IMG/VR virus record: IMGVR_UViG_3300033153_010600
Span: 1 to 61,344 of that record
Direction: 5' to 3' (one strand)
DNA from: a virus
Taxonomy: Duplodnaviria > Caudoviricetes
Length of the DNA: 61,344 nt
Below the pieces are notes generated by a model. The model saw only the letters and a program-made list of their open reading frames with translations. It was not told where the DNA came from and made no database searches. Each line of letters starts with the position of its first letter. The first letter of the stretch is position 1. Positions 1 to 9,506 of the stretch are shown piece after piece. The translations under genes and the position numbers were made by a program.

Positions 1-1414
1 GAGGCATCTGCGCCGCACGAAGTTAGCTGCTTCGGTCAAGCTGGGAAATACTCGACTCTCGTGCTCGTAGAGGTCAGGATCGTATTCGGTCGCTCCCGGC
101 GGGTGGCGGTCGATAGCGACCCACCATGCTCGGTATCGCCGTTCGCCAATTTTCATTATCTCGTCTCCCGATTGCATCCGCGCTGCTACCGTGGGCAATC
201 TTCTGGATGCTCGATGCCAAGAATGCGGCACGCCCTCTTGGCAGCCGCGTTGACTTTCCGTTGCTCGTCGTCTGTGCGGAGCACATTGTAGCGACATGCC
301 TCGCGGCAATCTTCGATGGCCATTCGCCGTTCGTAGTAAGTCGGTCGCGTTTTCATCGTCTTGCTCCCTTAGACGTGGCTTTCCTCTCTCGTCTCTTAGC
401 GAGAATGCTCCACTTTTCGTGGATGGTTTCCCGGCGCATCCAGGCATTCAGCTTGCCACTCGTCAGAGATAGCTCTAGCAGCGGCAAAGGCGCGTTGGGC
501 ACGCGCCTAGGTGAGGGTAATGGTTTGCATCGGTTCTCTCCTATAGGGTTGGGAAAACAACTCTGCCCTCCGCCCGGATTTGTCTTATCGCTGGGCACCG
601 GGACGCCCACGCCTACTAAAGTAGGTGCCGCTGACGATGCCTGGTTGCAGCGACTTCAACCAGGGAGGGCAGGGTAGTCAGCACCCCGCCGAGTTGCGAC
701 GCTCGGTTACGCTTGCGGGGTGAAAGGTTCATGCGGGTGCCTTCTCTGCTGCCGGCAAATTGCAACCGCGATGCTCGCGTTCCGCTTGGTCAGCAGGACA
801 ACTCGCGTACATCGCGCAATCTTCGCAACGCAGCATCGGGGGATCGACGAAACTCTGGGAACATCGGTTGAACCAAGCAGCTTCGCCCTGCGCCACCTCA
901 CGGGTAGCGTAAGTCTCGTCAATCGGAACAACTGTCAGACTAGCCGAGACCACCAGATAGTGACCGTCCGGCGCTTGAATGATTCGGTAACGCATAACTC
1001 CCCTCCTGGGAAAGGGACAAGGCGAAGGGAAATCAGATCCTGGGGTAAGAGAAAAGGCCCCTCCCCGGCAACACGCCGGGGAGGGGGGAGCAAAAGTCAA
1101 GCGTTGGCGATCGCCTCCTCGGCAGCGTCCTCAGCCTGCGACAGCGCCTGCATCAGATACTCACGGCCAATGCCGGCGGCCTCCGCACGCTCTCGCGCAT
1201 TGTAGCACGCCGCCACGATCGACGAGCCGCGGCCAATGACCTCCCGGCGGCCGTGTTCCTCATCGTAGCTCTGACAGATCCCCCAAGACTGGCACACATG
1301 GACGCGGTAGCGGTCTCGTGACTCTTCGGGCAGTATGCAGTTCTCATAGCGATTCTCCCGTCCACGTGATGGCTCGCGGTAGCCGACGCGATAGATGAGG
1401 TCGCGTCTCCTCTC

Positions 1415-1810
1415 TTAGTGAGAATGCCCCAATGCCTCCTCGAATCCGCACTCGCCGGCAATTAGCCCCTTGGCCAGCTCCCGGTAGGGCCTCAGGCTCC
1501 GCCGGCAGTTGCGGCGGACGTGGGCCCTTGTCTCCGGCCCGGCAAATCGGGCCAGCGGCTTGTCCTGCCGGGCACAGTTGCACGCCCGGCACGCCGTGAT
1601 CAGGTTGTCCGCGTCGTTCGACCCGCCGTCGGCCCTGCATCGCACGTGATCGAGCGTGATGTCCTTCGGGTCCGCGTCCGAGAGGTCGCGGAGACAATAG
1701 ACGCACGTGAACCGGTCACGGAGGTAGATAGCCAACCGCTTGTCCGCGCGAATCCACCGGCCGGTCGGCTGGTGTTGCGAGCGGGCCTTCTTGGCGGTCG
1801 TGCAGGTCAT
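1415..1810 (-). CDS. HNH endonuclease
   Basis: RDRFTCVYC...TLDHV...GGSN...NLITACRACN HNH motif; start taken at MTCTT. Confidence 0.85.
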   Translation of the reverse strand: MTCTTAKKARSQHQPTGRWIRADKRLAIYLRDRFTCVYCLRDLSDADPKDITLDHVRCRADGGSNDADNLITACRACNCARQDKPLARFAGPETRAHVRRNCRRSLRPYRELAKGLIAGECGFEEALGHSH

Positions 1811-1920
1811 CGTCTTGCTCCCGAGGTTCGTGTTGGCTTGTTGTTTTCTCATTTCGGTAGGGGGATAGTGCAATCAGCGTACCAAATAGCGTCATGGGGA
1901 GAAAAAAGTATAGTCCAGCC

Positions 1921-2174
1921 CGTAAGTCGTTGTAACACAAGGGGTTACGCCTATCTGCCGCGCCCGCCCAGAAACCTCTCCATGCCCTAAGTGTATACCT
2001 GTTTGGTACACCTACGTAGCGGGGGTACTGGCGTAAACCGTTGCGAGACAAGGGGTTACGTTGCCGCAGGGGGTGTATACCTGCTTGGTACGCCTGCATG
2101 GGGGGGGAGCAACGTAAACCGTTGTAGGATAAGGAGTTATGCGGCCACCCGGGTGTATACCTATTTAGTACACC
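1921..2174. repeat. Three imperfect ~80-bp units made of two alternating motifs
   Basis: CGTAARYCGTTG..AYAAGGRGTTAYG at 1921, 2032, 2113 and GTGTATACCT..TTRGTACRCC at 1991, 2073, 2153. Confidence 0.8.
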
Positions 2175-2415
2175 GGGTCCGCATGGGCCGGTCGAGCAGC
2201 CACGGGTGCAAGCCGTGGATCATCGTCTCCGGCGTAGTCCCCAGCACCCGGGCTATCCGGGCCAACACCACGAGCGTAGGGATCCGGTCGCCGGCCTCGT
2301 AGCGTACCCAGCAGGGCCGCGGTATCCCCGCTAGCCGAGCCGCCTCCCGCTTGCTTATGCCGAGATCAAGCCGTCTCGCGGCGATGCGGGCCGCCAGGGA
2401 GTCTGTATGGGACAT
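2161..2415 (-). CDS. XRE-family HTH regulator
   Basis: RRLDLGISKREAARLAGI...RYEAGDRIPTLVVLARIARVLG is a typical Cro/C1 HTH. Confidence 0.85.
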   Translation of the reverse strand: MSHTDSLAARIAARRLDLGISKREAARLAGIPRPCWVRYEAGDRIPTLVVLARIARVLGTTPETMIHGLHPWLLDRPMRTRCTK

Positions 2416-2470
2416 CGGCGAATCCTCCGGCCGGTGAAACCGCAAACGGCATGCCGAACCGGGGCCTAGC

Positions 2471-2534
2471 ACTTTCTGGGGGAAGGGTCGGCTGAGCCGA
2501 CCCTTACCTACTATCCGGGGGGGGCTCTTGCGAC
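2471..2534 (+). repeat. Dispersed palindromic element, copy 1 of 3
   Basis: GGGGGAAGGGTCGGCTGAGCCGACCCTT.CCTACTATCCGGGGGGGG; also at 26667-26733 (+) and 44540-44614 (-). Confidence 0.85.
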
Positions 2535-2764
2535 TCGCAACACACTTCGGAGCACGTCTCGCTACTCATCTCGTCGTCTCGCAACACACTTCTCAGCACG
2601 TCATCTATCTCCGCCACGACCCCGCCCGGCGAATTGGCCGCGAATTTGATCTGGTCGCGTACTCGTCGCAGTTTGTCGCGGATGACATCCGCGTCGCTCG
2701 CCCTCACCCATTCGCCGTGCGGATCTTCCCTCAATTTGCCTTGCCGCAAGCGGTATCGTTTCAT
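2504..2764 (-). CDS. Hypothetical phage protein
   Basis: ATG ORF in a co-directional run; the C-terminal part contains two repeat handles (2534-2548, 2578-2596). Confidence 0.55.
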   Translation of the reverse strand: MKRYRLRQGKLREDPHGEWVRASDADVIRDKLRRVRDQIKFAANSPGGVVAEIDDVLRSVLRDDEMSSETCSEVCCESQEPPPDSR

Positions 2765-2810
2765 TCGTCGTGCTCCCTGCCTAAGGCGGTTCAGACCAGG
2801 ACGCTACTCA

Positions 2811-3029
2811 TTATACAGGTAGTGTCCTAGTCTGGACTACAACGGCATCGCGCTGCACCAGCTCGATCGCCGTCACCCAAGCGTCCTCCAGCCCGTCGCA
2901 GTATTCCGCAATGTATTCGGCCACCGCCACCGGACTCGACGTAGGCGTGACGACATATTCCCACTGGTTGTCGGACCAGTCGATCAGGCGATACCGCCAC
3001 AGGACGCCCTCGTGCTTGTCGCTGGCCAT
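2811..3029 (-). CDS. Hypothetical protein
   Basis: 72-aa ATG ORF directly after the portal stop. Confidence 0.55.
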   Translation of the reverse strand: MASDKHEGVLWRYRLIDWSDNQWEYVVTPTSSPVAVAEYIAEYCDGLEDAWVTAIELVQRDAVVVQTRTLPV

Positions 3030-3044
3030 TTCGCCCCCACCCGG

Positions 3045-6000
3045 CTAGAACGCGGCTGTAATGGTGCACCGGCAGTTGCTTATGCCGATGTCCTGTGCTA
3101 TAATGAGCCCGGTCACACTCTGGAGGTCATACACATGGTCCGCAAACTCGTAATACCGAACCTCGACGACTTGATCCAACAGTACATTGCCGGGAAATCG
3201 CTCAAGCAACTCAGCGACGAGTCTGGCTACAGCCGCCCCGTCCTGCTTCGTCGCCTCCGGGAACGCAACATCCAAATTAGAGGCCGATCCGAAGCAGAGA
3301 CCCTGAAATGGAGCCGACTCAAGACAGACCGCGCTGCCGTCGTTCGCCAATGCGGAGCTGCCTGGCACGCTACCGCCGCCAAAAGCAAACCCGCCCCTGG
3401 CGTGTTGTGTAGCTACAGGCATCGTGCCGACGCCGCCGTTACTAAATACAAACGGCAATCCCAAGTTTACCCCTTCGAGAACGTCTTCGCTGATATCTTG
3501 CGAGCCAACGGGTTCGCCGTTGAACAGCAATGGCCCGTCGGGCCTTACAACCTCGACATCGCCGTGGCAGAATCGCTCGTCGCCGTGGAAGTCGAGCGAA
3601 AAAATGCCCACACGTTCAACGCACCAACGACTGGACATCTCTGCTCGGGACCGCAACGCCTCGAATACTTGCTCGATGGCGGCTGGACGGTGATATTCAT
3701 TATCGCCGTTTATAGGCATGGCAAACGGATTATCGACCCGTCCTTGGTATCCAATGATCTGATCGCCCTTGTCAAGTTGGCCTGCGGGGACGAATCCCTC
3801 CGTGGTAAGTACGGTGTGTTGTGGGGTGACGGACAGCCGCCTGCCGCTTCGCGTTATCACTTCGCAGGCCGGCCCTTCATACCAGGCTTTGGTCCCGGCG
3901 ACAAATCGGCCTTGGACTAGCTGCCCCGGCAAGATGCAGTTGCATCGTTGCCCCGGCTCCAACGAGTGGTGTCCAGGGTACGGCACCCTCTGCCCACCAA
4001 GCTGAAACAGCCCGTCCGGCGAATCCGGCCCCGGCGCTACCACGCCGTGCAAGGCCAGGTGCTCTGGCCGCGTGTACTGGTCGGCCGTCGCGGACCACCG
4101 GCGACCCTTGATGAGACCCTGACGAATCAGCTCGTCCTGTTGGTGAAAATGCCCCCCATTCAACACGCCCGTCGTCTCCGTACGGGCGATGTTCGCCGAC
4201 CGGACCACCGTTGTTGTCGAGCCCAGCACGCCGTCCGTCACGCCCGGCACCGTCGGGCTGTCCCCGATGCGGACGATCAGCTCGTATTCGCTCTCGCCGG
4301 CCGCGATCCCCTCGCTCATCGTCTTGACCAGCTTGCCCCGCGTCGTCGCGTTGATATGCGGGCTGAAGTTCTGCGTCAGGATCGTTTCGAGATCCGCCCG
4401 CATCGCCGCCTGGACCTCCGGCGAAAGATCGGACATCTCTATCATTTGTTTCGATCGGCGCGGCGAAAGCTCCCGCAGGGCCCCGTCTACCATTATCGCC
4501 TCGCACGTCGGCCGGACGGCCTCTATCAGCCGCTCGTCCCAGTCGACCCGATCGAACACCTCGGCCGCCACGGCCTCGCCCGACAGCCCCTCGACGCCGC
4601 CGGCCGCCGCCAGCCGGCGGAACCGCTCCTGCACGTCCTCGCGCTGGGCCAAGAAGAAGTCGAGCATCACGGCCTGTAGCTGCCGCTCGTGATGCTTGTG
4701 GGCCTTGGCCCACGCCGATGTCTCAGGCGAGGCCGTCAGGGACTTTCGGCCGTTTTTTTTTGCGTCCTTCTGCGGCTCGACGGGCATAAGCACCTGCGTC
4801 GGGGGCGCCGCCATCGTCTCCCCGTCCATGATCGGCCCCAGCCCCAGCATCCCGGCCCGCAGCTCGTTGCGGCTGACGCTCTGATGCTTCGCCGCCAGCT
4901 CCCAGTCCTTCCGCCGCTCTTCCCGGTCGTCCGGCGTGTACGGCTCGATCCACATCGCCAGCTTCTGGTTGCGGCCCGCGAACCGGGGAGCGAATTTCTT
5001 GGTCAGCACTTTGCTGATCAGATCCATGTTGGGATTTAGGGTGAACTCCCCAAAATGGCGACGAGATTCTGCCGACGCCGCCCGGCTCGACGGCTCGGCC
5101 TTGCCCATCACGTAGGGATTCGCGCCAATCCCCTGCGTGATCCGCTCATAGGTAATTTGCCCCGAGTCGGGGAAGTCCATCTCCTCGACGCTGTTCGACA
5201 GCTTCTTCACGTCCCGGATCAGGGCGTCCAGCACAAGCGGCGACCCGGCCCTTGCGGCCGTGGCCCACTTCTGGGCGATCGCCGTCTCGACCAGCAGCCG
5301 CTGCTCCGATTTCAGCAGCGGCATGCCGTCCTCCTCGCCATCCTCGTCCGCCGGGTCGCCGACAAGGAACGCCCAGCGTGGGAACACGCCGTTGGAGAAC
5401 AGTGCCTCCTGGCACATCTGGATCTGCTCGTCCGTGCGAATGGCCCGCCCCTGGGCCTGGGCCGCCGATTTCGCCCCCAGCAGGTTCGCCGGGTCCGGAC
5501 GGTGAACCATGATTATTTCGTCGGCAGCCGCGTCAACCGACGTGATCCCGCCGCCGGGAAACACCTTCCATCCAGAGAACGGGCCCTTCTCGTGGTTCGG
5601 CACAACCCACGACGTTGGCAGCGGCCACAAGACATGGCCATTCGTTGCCCTGCGGGTGGCGGACTTGGTGTGCCACCAGTAGGTGATCCCCGTGACGATC
5701 AGGTTGACGATCGTCAGGTACTTGAGGTGCCAGTCCGTCATCACCGGATTGGGGTCTTCGATCAGGTCGAGAGCCAAGTGCGTCTCGTGGATGTCGAGGT
5801 CGGGAGCCGTCGCCTTGAGAGACTTCGGCAGCAACACTTCCCGGCCGTCGTGCGTCTCGCCCCAGAACGCGGTGGTCATGCCCTCGACAGGGCGGATGGA
5901 GCGGATGGATCTGCCGCCGGCCCTGGAGCCCGGCCTCCGCACCGTGGCAACCCGGACCGCCTGCCCCGCCACCGTGTCGGCGATCGGGCGGATGGCGGCG

Positions 6001-6191
6001 TAGAGGATGCCGCGGAACCGAAGATAGTCGTCCTCGGCCCCCATGTCTCTGGCCACGGTCGGCACCAAGGGCCCCAGGGCCACGCCTCCCTCGGCGAGCC
6101 CGGCGTCGGCAACGGCGCGGAATTGAGCTACGCGGGCGCGGCTCTGGGCCCTGAGCCTGGTGGCACGTTCGGCGGCGGCGATAGCGGTCAT
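3045..6191 (-). CDS. Portal protein fused to MuF (gpF-like head morphogenesis) domain, with an intein
   Basis: Portal-like N-terminus (LIEDPNP, LWPLPTSWV, IIMVHRPDP, FSNGVFP); MuF motifs IARTETT, RRWSATADQYTRPEH, PYPG; RCN/CRC split by an intein. Confidence 0.88.
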   Translation of the reverse strand: MTAIAAAERATRLRAQSRARVAQFRAVADAGLAEGGVALGPLVPTVARDMGAEDDYLRFRGILYAAIRPIADTVAGQAVRVATVRRPGSRAGGRSIRSIRPVEGMTTAFWGETHDGREVLLPKSLKATAPDLDIHETHLALDLIEDPNPVMTDWHLKYLTIVNLIVTGITYWWHTKSATRRATNGHVLWPLPTSWVVPNHEKGPFSGWKVFPGGGITSVDAAADEIIMVHRPDPANLLGAKSAAQAQGRAIRTDEQIQMCQEALFSNGVFPRWAFLVGDPADEDGEEDGMPLLKSEQRLLVETAIAQKWATAARAGSPLVLDALIRDVKKLSNSVEEMDFPDSGQITYERITQGIGANPYVMGKAEPSSRAASAESRRHFGEFTLNPNMDLISKVLTKKFAPRFAGRNQKLAMWIEPYTPDDREERRKDWELAAKHQSVSRNELRAGMLGLGPIMDGETMAAPPTQVLMPVEPQKDAKKNGRKSLTASPETSAWAKAHKHHERQLQAVMLDFFLAQREDVQERFRRLAAAGGVEGLSGEAVAAEVFDRVDWDERLIEAVRPTCEAIMVDGALRELSPRRSKQMIEMSDLSPEVQAAMRADLETILTQNFSPHINATTRGKLVKTMSEGIAAGESEYELIVRIGDSPTVPGVTDGVLGSTTTVVRSANIARTETTGVLNGGHFHQQDELIRQGLIKGRRWSATADQYTRPEHLALHGVVAPGPDSPDGLFQLGGQRVPYPGHHSLEPGQRCNCILPGQLVQGRFVAGTKAWYEGPACEVITRSGRRLSVTPQHTVLTTEGFVPAGQLDKGDQIIGYQGRVDNPFAMPINGDNEYHRPAAIEQVFEALRSRAEMSSRWCVERVGIFSLDFHGDERFCHGDVEVVRPDGPLLFNGEPVGSQDISEDVLEGVNLGLPFVFSNGGVGTMPVATQHARGGFAFGGGSVPGSSALANDGSAVCLESAPFQGLCFGSASNLDVAFPEATKQDGAAVARLVAELLERFPGNVLLDQVVEVRYYEFADHVYDLQSVTGLIIAQDIGISNCRCTITAAF
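3076..3126 (+). promoter_or_regulatory. Sigma70-type promoter and RBS of the nested antisense gene
   Basis: TTGCTT (3076-81), 17 bp, TATAAT (3099-3104) preceded by TG; GGAGG 3122-26; ATG 3135. Confidence 0.75.
3135..3920 (+). CDS. HTH + DUF559/Vsr-like endonuclease, antisense inside the intein
   Basis: 261-aa ORF; HTH YIAGKSLKQLSDESGYSRPVLLRRL; nuclease-like EQQWPVGPYNLDIAVAESLVAVEVE...LLDGGWTVIFI. Confidence 0.8.
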   Translation: MVRKLVIPNLDDLIQQYIAGKSLKQLSDESGYSRPVLLRRLRERNIQIRGRSEAETLKWSRLKTDRAAVVRQCGAAWHATAAKSKPAPGVLCSYRHRADAAVTKYKRQSQVYPFENVFADILRANGFAVEQQWPVGPYNLDIAVAESLVAVEVERKNAHTFNAPTTGHLCSGPQRLEYLLDGGWTVIFIIAVYRHGKRIIDPSLVSNDLIALVKLACGDESLRGKYGVLWGDGQPPAASRYHFAGRPFIPGFGPGDKSALD

Positions 6192-6658
6192 GCGCGTCTC
6201 CTTGGTTGGGCCACCATTCCCCCGATCGCCTCACAGGCGTTCAATACCGCCGTGTGGGCCGCAAACATGGCCATGGTGTGCTCGTGCGCCGCCTGGAACG
6301 CCTCGACCTCGGCCGTCCTGGCCGCCACCTGGGCCTCCGCCTCGGCCAGCGCCTCCCGCAGCCGGCGGATCTCGACCGCCGCGTCCTCCTCGGCCAGCGC
6401 CAGCCGCCCGGCCACGCCGGCCAGGCGGCTTCGCACCACTTTCAGCTCGGCCCGCAGGCGTCGCTCCTCGGCGGACGACCGGCAGCGGCCCAGCCGCCGC
6501 ACGACCCGCCGGAGCAGCCTGGCCAGGCCGCCCCACAGCCATCCCCGCGCAATCCACGGGGCTCGCCACGCGGCCGCCCAGCACCGGCCCGCCAGCCTTG
6601 CTAGCCCGGTCCACAGGCGCCATAAAATTTCCTCGACGGTCCGAACAGTTCGCCACAT
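6188..6658 (-). CDS. Hypothetical coiled-coil protein
   Basis: Overlaps the portal start; C-terminal heptad-like segment; start uncertain (MWRTV). Confidence 0.5.
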   Translation of the reverse strand: MWRTVRTVEEILWRLWTGLARLAGRCWAAAWRAPWIARGWLWGGLARLLRRVVRRLGRCRSSAEERRLRAELKVVRSRLAGVAGRLALAEEDAAVEIRRLREALAEAEAQVAARTAEVEAFQAAHEHTMAMFAAHTAVLNACEAIGGMVAQPRRRA

Positions 6659-6923
6659 GCTAGTATAATGATAGATATAGACTGGATTGTCAAGTTGATC
6701 CTGAAGTGTGTCGCGGGCGAGAAAACGCGCCAGGCCGAGCATGCGTGAAAATTGCAGCCAAGGCTCGGCTAGAGGCGGCTGCCACCAAGCGGGCACGGTG
6801 CGGTGTGCCGCCCTGGACGACGGCGAGAGCAAGCAGCCCGGCACAAATAGTCGTCCATACTATTCACGAAGTGTGTTGCGAGCTGAAGTGTGTAGTGGGC
6901 AAGCAAGCAAGAGGGAAAGTGCC

Positions 6924-7337
6924 ATGTCTATCTCCGTCACCGTCTGCCCCAAGTGCGGGGCCGGACTCATCAACATCGTCAGCGGGGCCCTATGCCCCTA
7001 CGGCTGTACGGGCGGCCCGTATCCGCTGCTGGCAGCCGAACAGAGCCGGCAGAACGCCCGGGCCTACAAGATTGCCCAGTTGCCGAACGCCGCCGTCCTG
7101 CCCGGGCTGCGGGCCCGCAAGGGCGAGTTCGCCGACTGCCGGCTGTTCACGGTCGAGGGGAACAACTTCGTCTTCCGCCGCGTCCGCCGCGAGTCCCAGT
7201 CGCTCGACAAGCGATTGCGCGAGCGCAACGTGCTCGCCAACCTGGACGGCGCACCGATCGAGCTGACGCCAGCGCCCCCGATCAACGGTCGTGTACTCAT
7301 GGCCGAGCTGGTAAGCGGCGAGGAGGAGGATCTCTAA
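6924..7337 (+). CDS. Hypothetical Zn-ribbon protein
   Basis: CPKCG..CPYGC; purine-rich RBS before ATG 6924; preceded by two repeat handles. Confidence 0.6.
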   Translation: MSISVTVCPKCGAGLINIVSGALCPYGCTGGPYPLLAAEQSRQNARAYKIAQLPNAAVLPGLRARKGEFADCRLFTVEGNNFVFRRVRRESQSLDKRLRERNVLANLDGAPIELTPAPPINGRVLMAELVSGEEEDL

Positions 7338-7792
7338 TGGGGCATACCTACTGCCGAAAATGCGGCTGGACCGGCAGTCGCCCGGGCACCGGCCGGATGC
7401 CCGATCCGAACCGGCGCTGGTGGCAATTCTGGCGCACCGTGCCGTGCGACGCGTGCGGTGGATCGGGGTACGCCAAACCGGGACCGCCACCCAAAGGCCC
7501 GTTTCCTCCACCACCGCCGCCGGGGCCTCCGCCCCGCAAATGCACCTGTGACGGGAGCGGGCCGACGCCGGGCTCGCCGAGGCCATGCTCGCGGTGGATT
7601 TCGATGGACGACGCCAAGCCTACCGAGGACAACGTCTATCTCGTTTTCGCCCCGAGCGCCAATCCAAAGTCGCCGTTCATTCACACAGCCTGGTACTGCC
7701 TCCGCCACGAGCGATGGGAAGTGATACACCACTTCTGGGCCGGCAAGATTACCCATTGGATGCCGCTGCCGCTTCCTCCATCTACCCCATGA
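7337..7792 (+). CDS. Zn-finger + DUF551-like protein
   Basis: CRKCG/CDACGGSG, then RWISMDDAKP...ITHWMPLPLPP (DUF551 signature). Confidence 0.65.
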   Translation: MGHTYCRKCGWTGSRPGTGRMPDPNRRWWQFWRTVPCDACGGSGYAKPGPPPKGPFPPPPPPGPPPRKCTCDGSGPTPGSPRPCSRWISMDDAKPTEDNVYLVFAPSANPKSPFIHTAWYCLRHERWEVIHHFWAGKITHWMPLPLPPSTP

Positions 7793-9506
7793 TCCGCTTC
7801 CACGCCTTCGTCTTCCGCACGTCGAAGTTCGGGTCCACCGGCTCGTACGCCTGGAGCCGGCGAAAGGCCCGCTGCCGGGTCCGCATCCGCCACACAGCGA
7901 GGGCGCAGGCGTCCGACCGGTCCGGCGATCGCCCCAGCATCTCCCGTAGGCACTGGCCCGTCTTCTGCCCGGCCTTGCGGTCCTTCGGGGGCAAAAACAT
8001 CTTGCCCTCGCCGTCGTGCAACCGGGGGATCAGCGACAGCTCGTCGACGAGGGCCTCGACATCGGCCCGCAGCCTGCCGTGAGGCGGCAGCGTGAACGCC
8101 CGCTCCCACCGCCGCCGGCCGCTCTCCGTCTCGACGGAGAGCCACTTGCGCGGCACGAGCGGGCTGTCCTCGTCTCCATCCGTCTCTCTCTCCAGCCCGG
8201 GGTCGATCTGCTTGGCCAGTTCGCCGTACAGCTCGGCCCGGCGGTTGACATACTCCTTCTTGTGCCGCTTCGACGCGCCGCCCCCGAACTCCACCGCCGC
8301 CACCCGCTTACCCTCCTTTCGCAGCGGGTCCACGATCGCCGGCTTGCCGGAGCCGCCCGCGTCCACCGCGATGTTCTCCCAGGGAATATCCCATTTGGCC
8401 TGCATCTGCCGCGTGATGTCGAGCTGCTTTCCCGTCTGGGGGATCCCCTCCTCGTCCGCGAATCCCGCCGCCGCGAGCGTGCGGATGTCGCAGACGCCGA
8501 GCTGATCCACCACGATCCAGCACGCCAGGTCCCCGCCGCCCATCGCCGCGTCAACCCCCATGTACTTCGGCAACGTCGCCCGGTGGTCCCGATCCACCTC
8601 GCCCCAGGCCGTCTGGCCGTACTCCAGCCACCGCCGCGGCACGAGCAGCTGGCTCGCGTCGTCCTCCAGCAGCTGACCGTACAGGCACGTGGTGATCCGA
8701 AACTCGGGCCACTCGCGAAGGTGATGAACGTAGTCGGGATACGACATGAGCCCGGGAAATGGGCGGGGGCACGGCCCCTGCCGCCCCTCCTTGTCCCACG
8801 CGATGCCGGCCGCCACGTTGGGCGTCTTGCGAACGTCGATGTGGATCACGCGGCGGCGAAACCTGCCGGGGCGAAACTCGTCCACCACGTCCCCGCCACG
8901 GATCATGTTGGCGTAGCGGCCCGACATGCGAAGCGGGTTGCCGATCACAAGGATGCGGTGGGCCTGCGACTCGATCAGCTCGGCCAGCTCGTCGGACACC
9001 GCGCTCGCCTCGTCGAGGACCGCAAGAATGCGCGGCGTGTCGTCGTCGCTCGCTAGGTGCGTGCCCATGAGGTTCTCGACGGCAGCCACCGACACGAGCT
9101 GCACCCAGTCGTTCGCGTAGGGCCGCCCCGCCGGGTCGAGCCGGCGAAGCATCATGTGCTTCTTGTCGATCCCGAGGGGGATGGCGGTGTCGCGGAAGGC
9201 CCTGTCGATCTCGCCCCAGAGGACGCGGCGGAGCTGCCCGACGCTGGAGGACGTGCATATCACGCGGCAAGGGTGCCGCGTCGAGAAGAACCACAGGACC
9301 AGCCTCGCCGCGATCCAGTCCTTCCCCGACTCCACGCAGGAGTGGACCACCGTAGAGTAGTTGTCCCGGACGGATAGCAAAATCTCCCGCTGCTTCTCCC
9401 AGTAGCTGCATCCCGGCCATACCGCGGCGAAGAAAGCCTCGGGGGTGTCGACCCACCGGCGGAGGATATGGCCGGCGCCTTGCCCCGCGTCACTCGGCTC
9501 CGGCAT
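7782..9506 (-). CDS. terL: Terminase large subunit
   Basis: Walker A-like SCVESGKD, Walker B VLDEAS, IGNP, nuclease YMGVDAA..GD, C-terminal GRSPDRSDA. Confidence 0.92.
   Translation of the reverse strand: MPEPSDAGQGAGHILRRWVDTPEAFFAAVWPGCSYWEKQREILLSVRDNYSTVVHSCVESGKDWIAARLVLWFFSTRHPCRVICTSSSVGQLRRVLWGEIDRAFRDTAIPLGIDKKHMMLRRLDPAGRPYANDWVQLVSVAAVENLMGTHLASDDDTPRILAVLDEASAVSDELAELIESQAHRILVIGNPLRMSGRYANMIRGGDVVDEFRPGRFRRRVIHIDVRKTPNVAAGIAWDKEGRQGPCPRPFPGLMSYPDYVHHLREWPEFRITTCLYGQLLEDDASQLLVPRRWLEYGQTAWGEVDRDHRATLPKYMGVDAAMGGGDLACWIVVDQLGVCDIRTLAAAGFADEEGIPQTGKQLDITRQMQAKWDIPWENIAVDAGGSGKPAIVDPLRKEGKRVAAVEFGGGASKRHKKEYVNRRAELYGELAKQIDPGLERETDGDEDSPLVPRKWLSVETESGRRRWERAFTLPPHGRLRADVEALVDELSLIPRLHDGEGKMFLPPKDRKAGQKTGQCLREMLGRSPDRSDACALAVWRMRTRQRAFRRLQAYEPVDPNFDVRKTKAWKRIMG

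Larger units (their letters stand above)
3075..3938 (-). mobile_element. Intein (288 aa) in the MuF NCRC motif
   Basis: Starts CILPG, block B LSVTPQHTVLT, ends VYDLQS...ISN followed by Cys; splicing restores RCNCRC. Confidence 0.88.

Noticed and set aside
5055-6668. Long antisense or alternate-frame ORFs (also 8016-9056, 32646-34241, 57754-59067)
   Set aside because: GC-rich shadows of real genes without motifs or expression signals, unlike 3135-3920.
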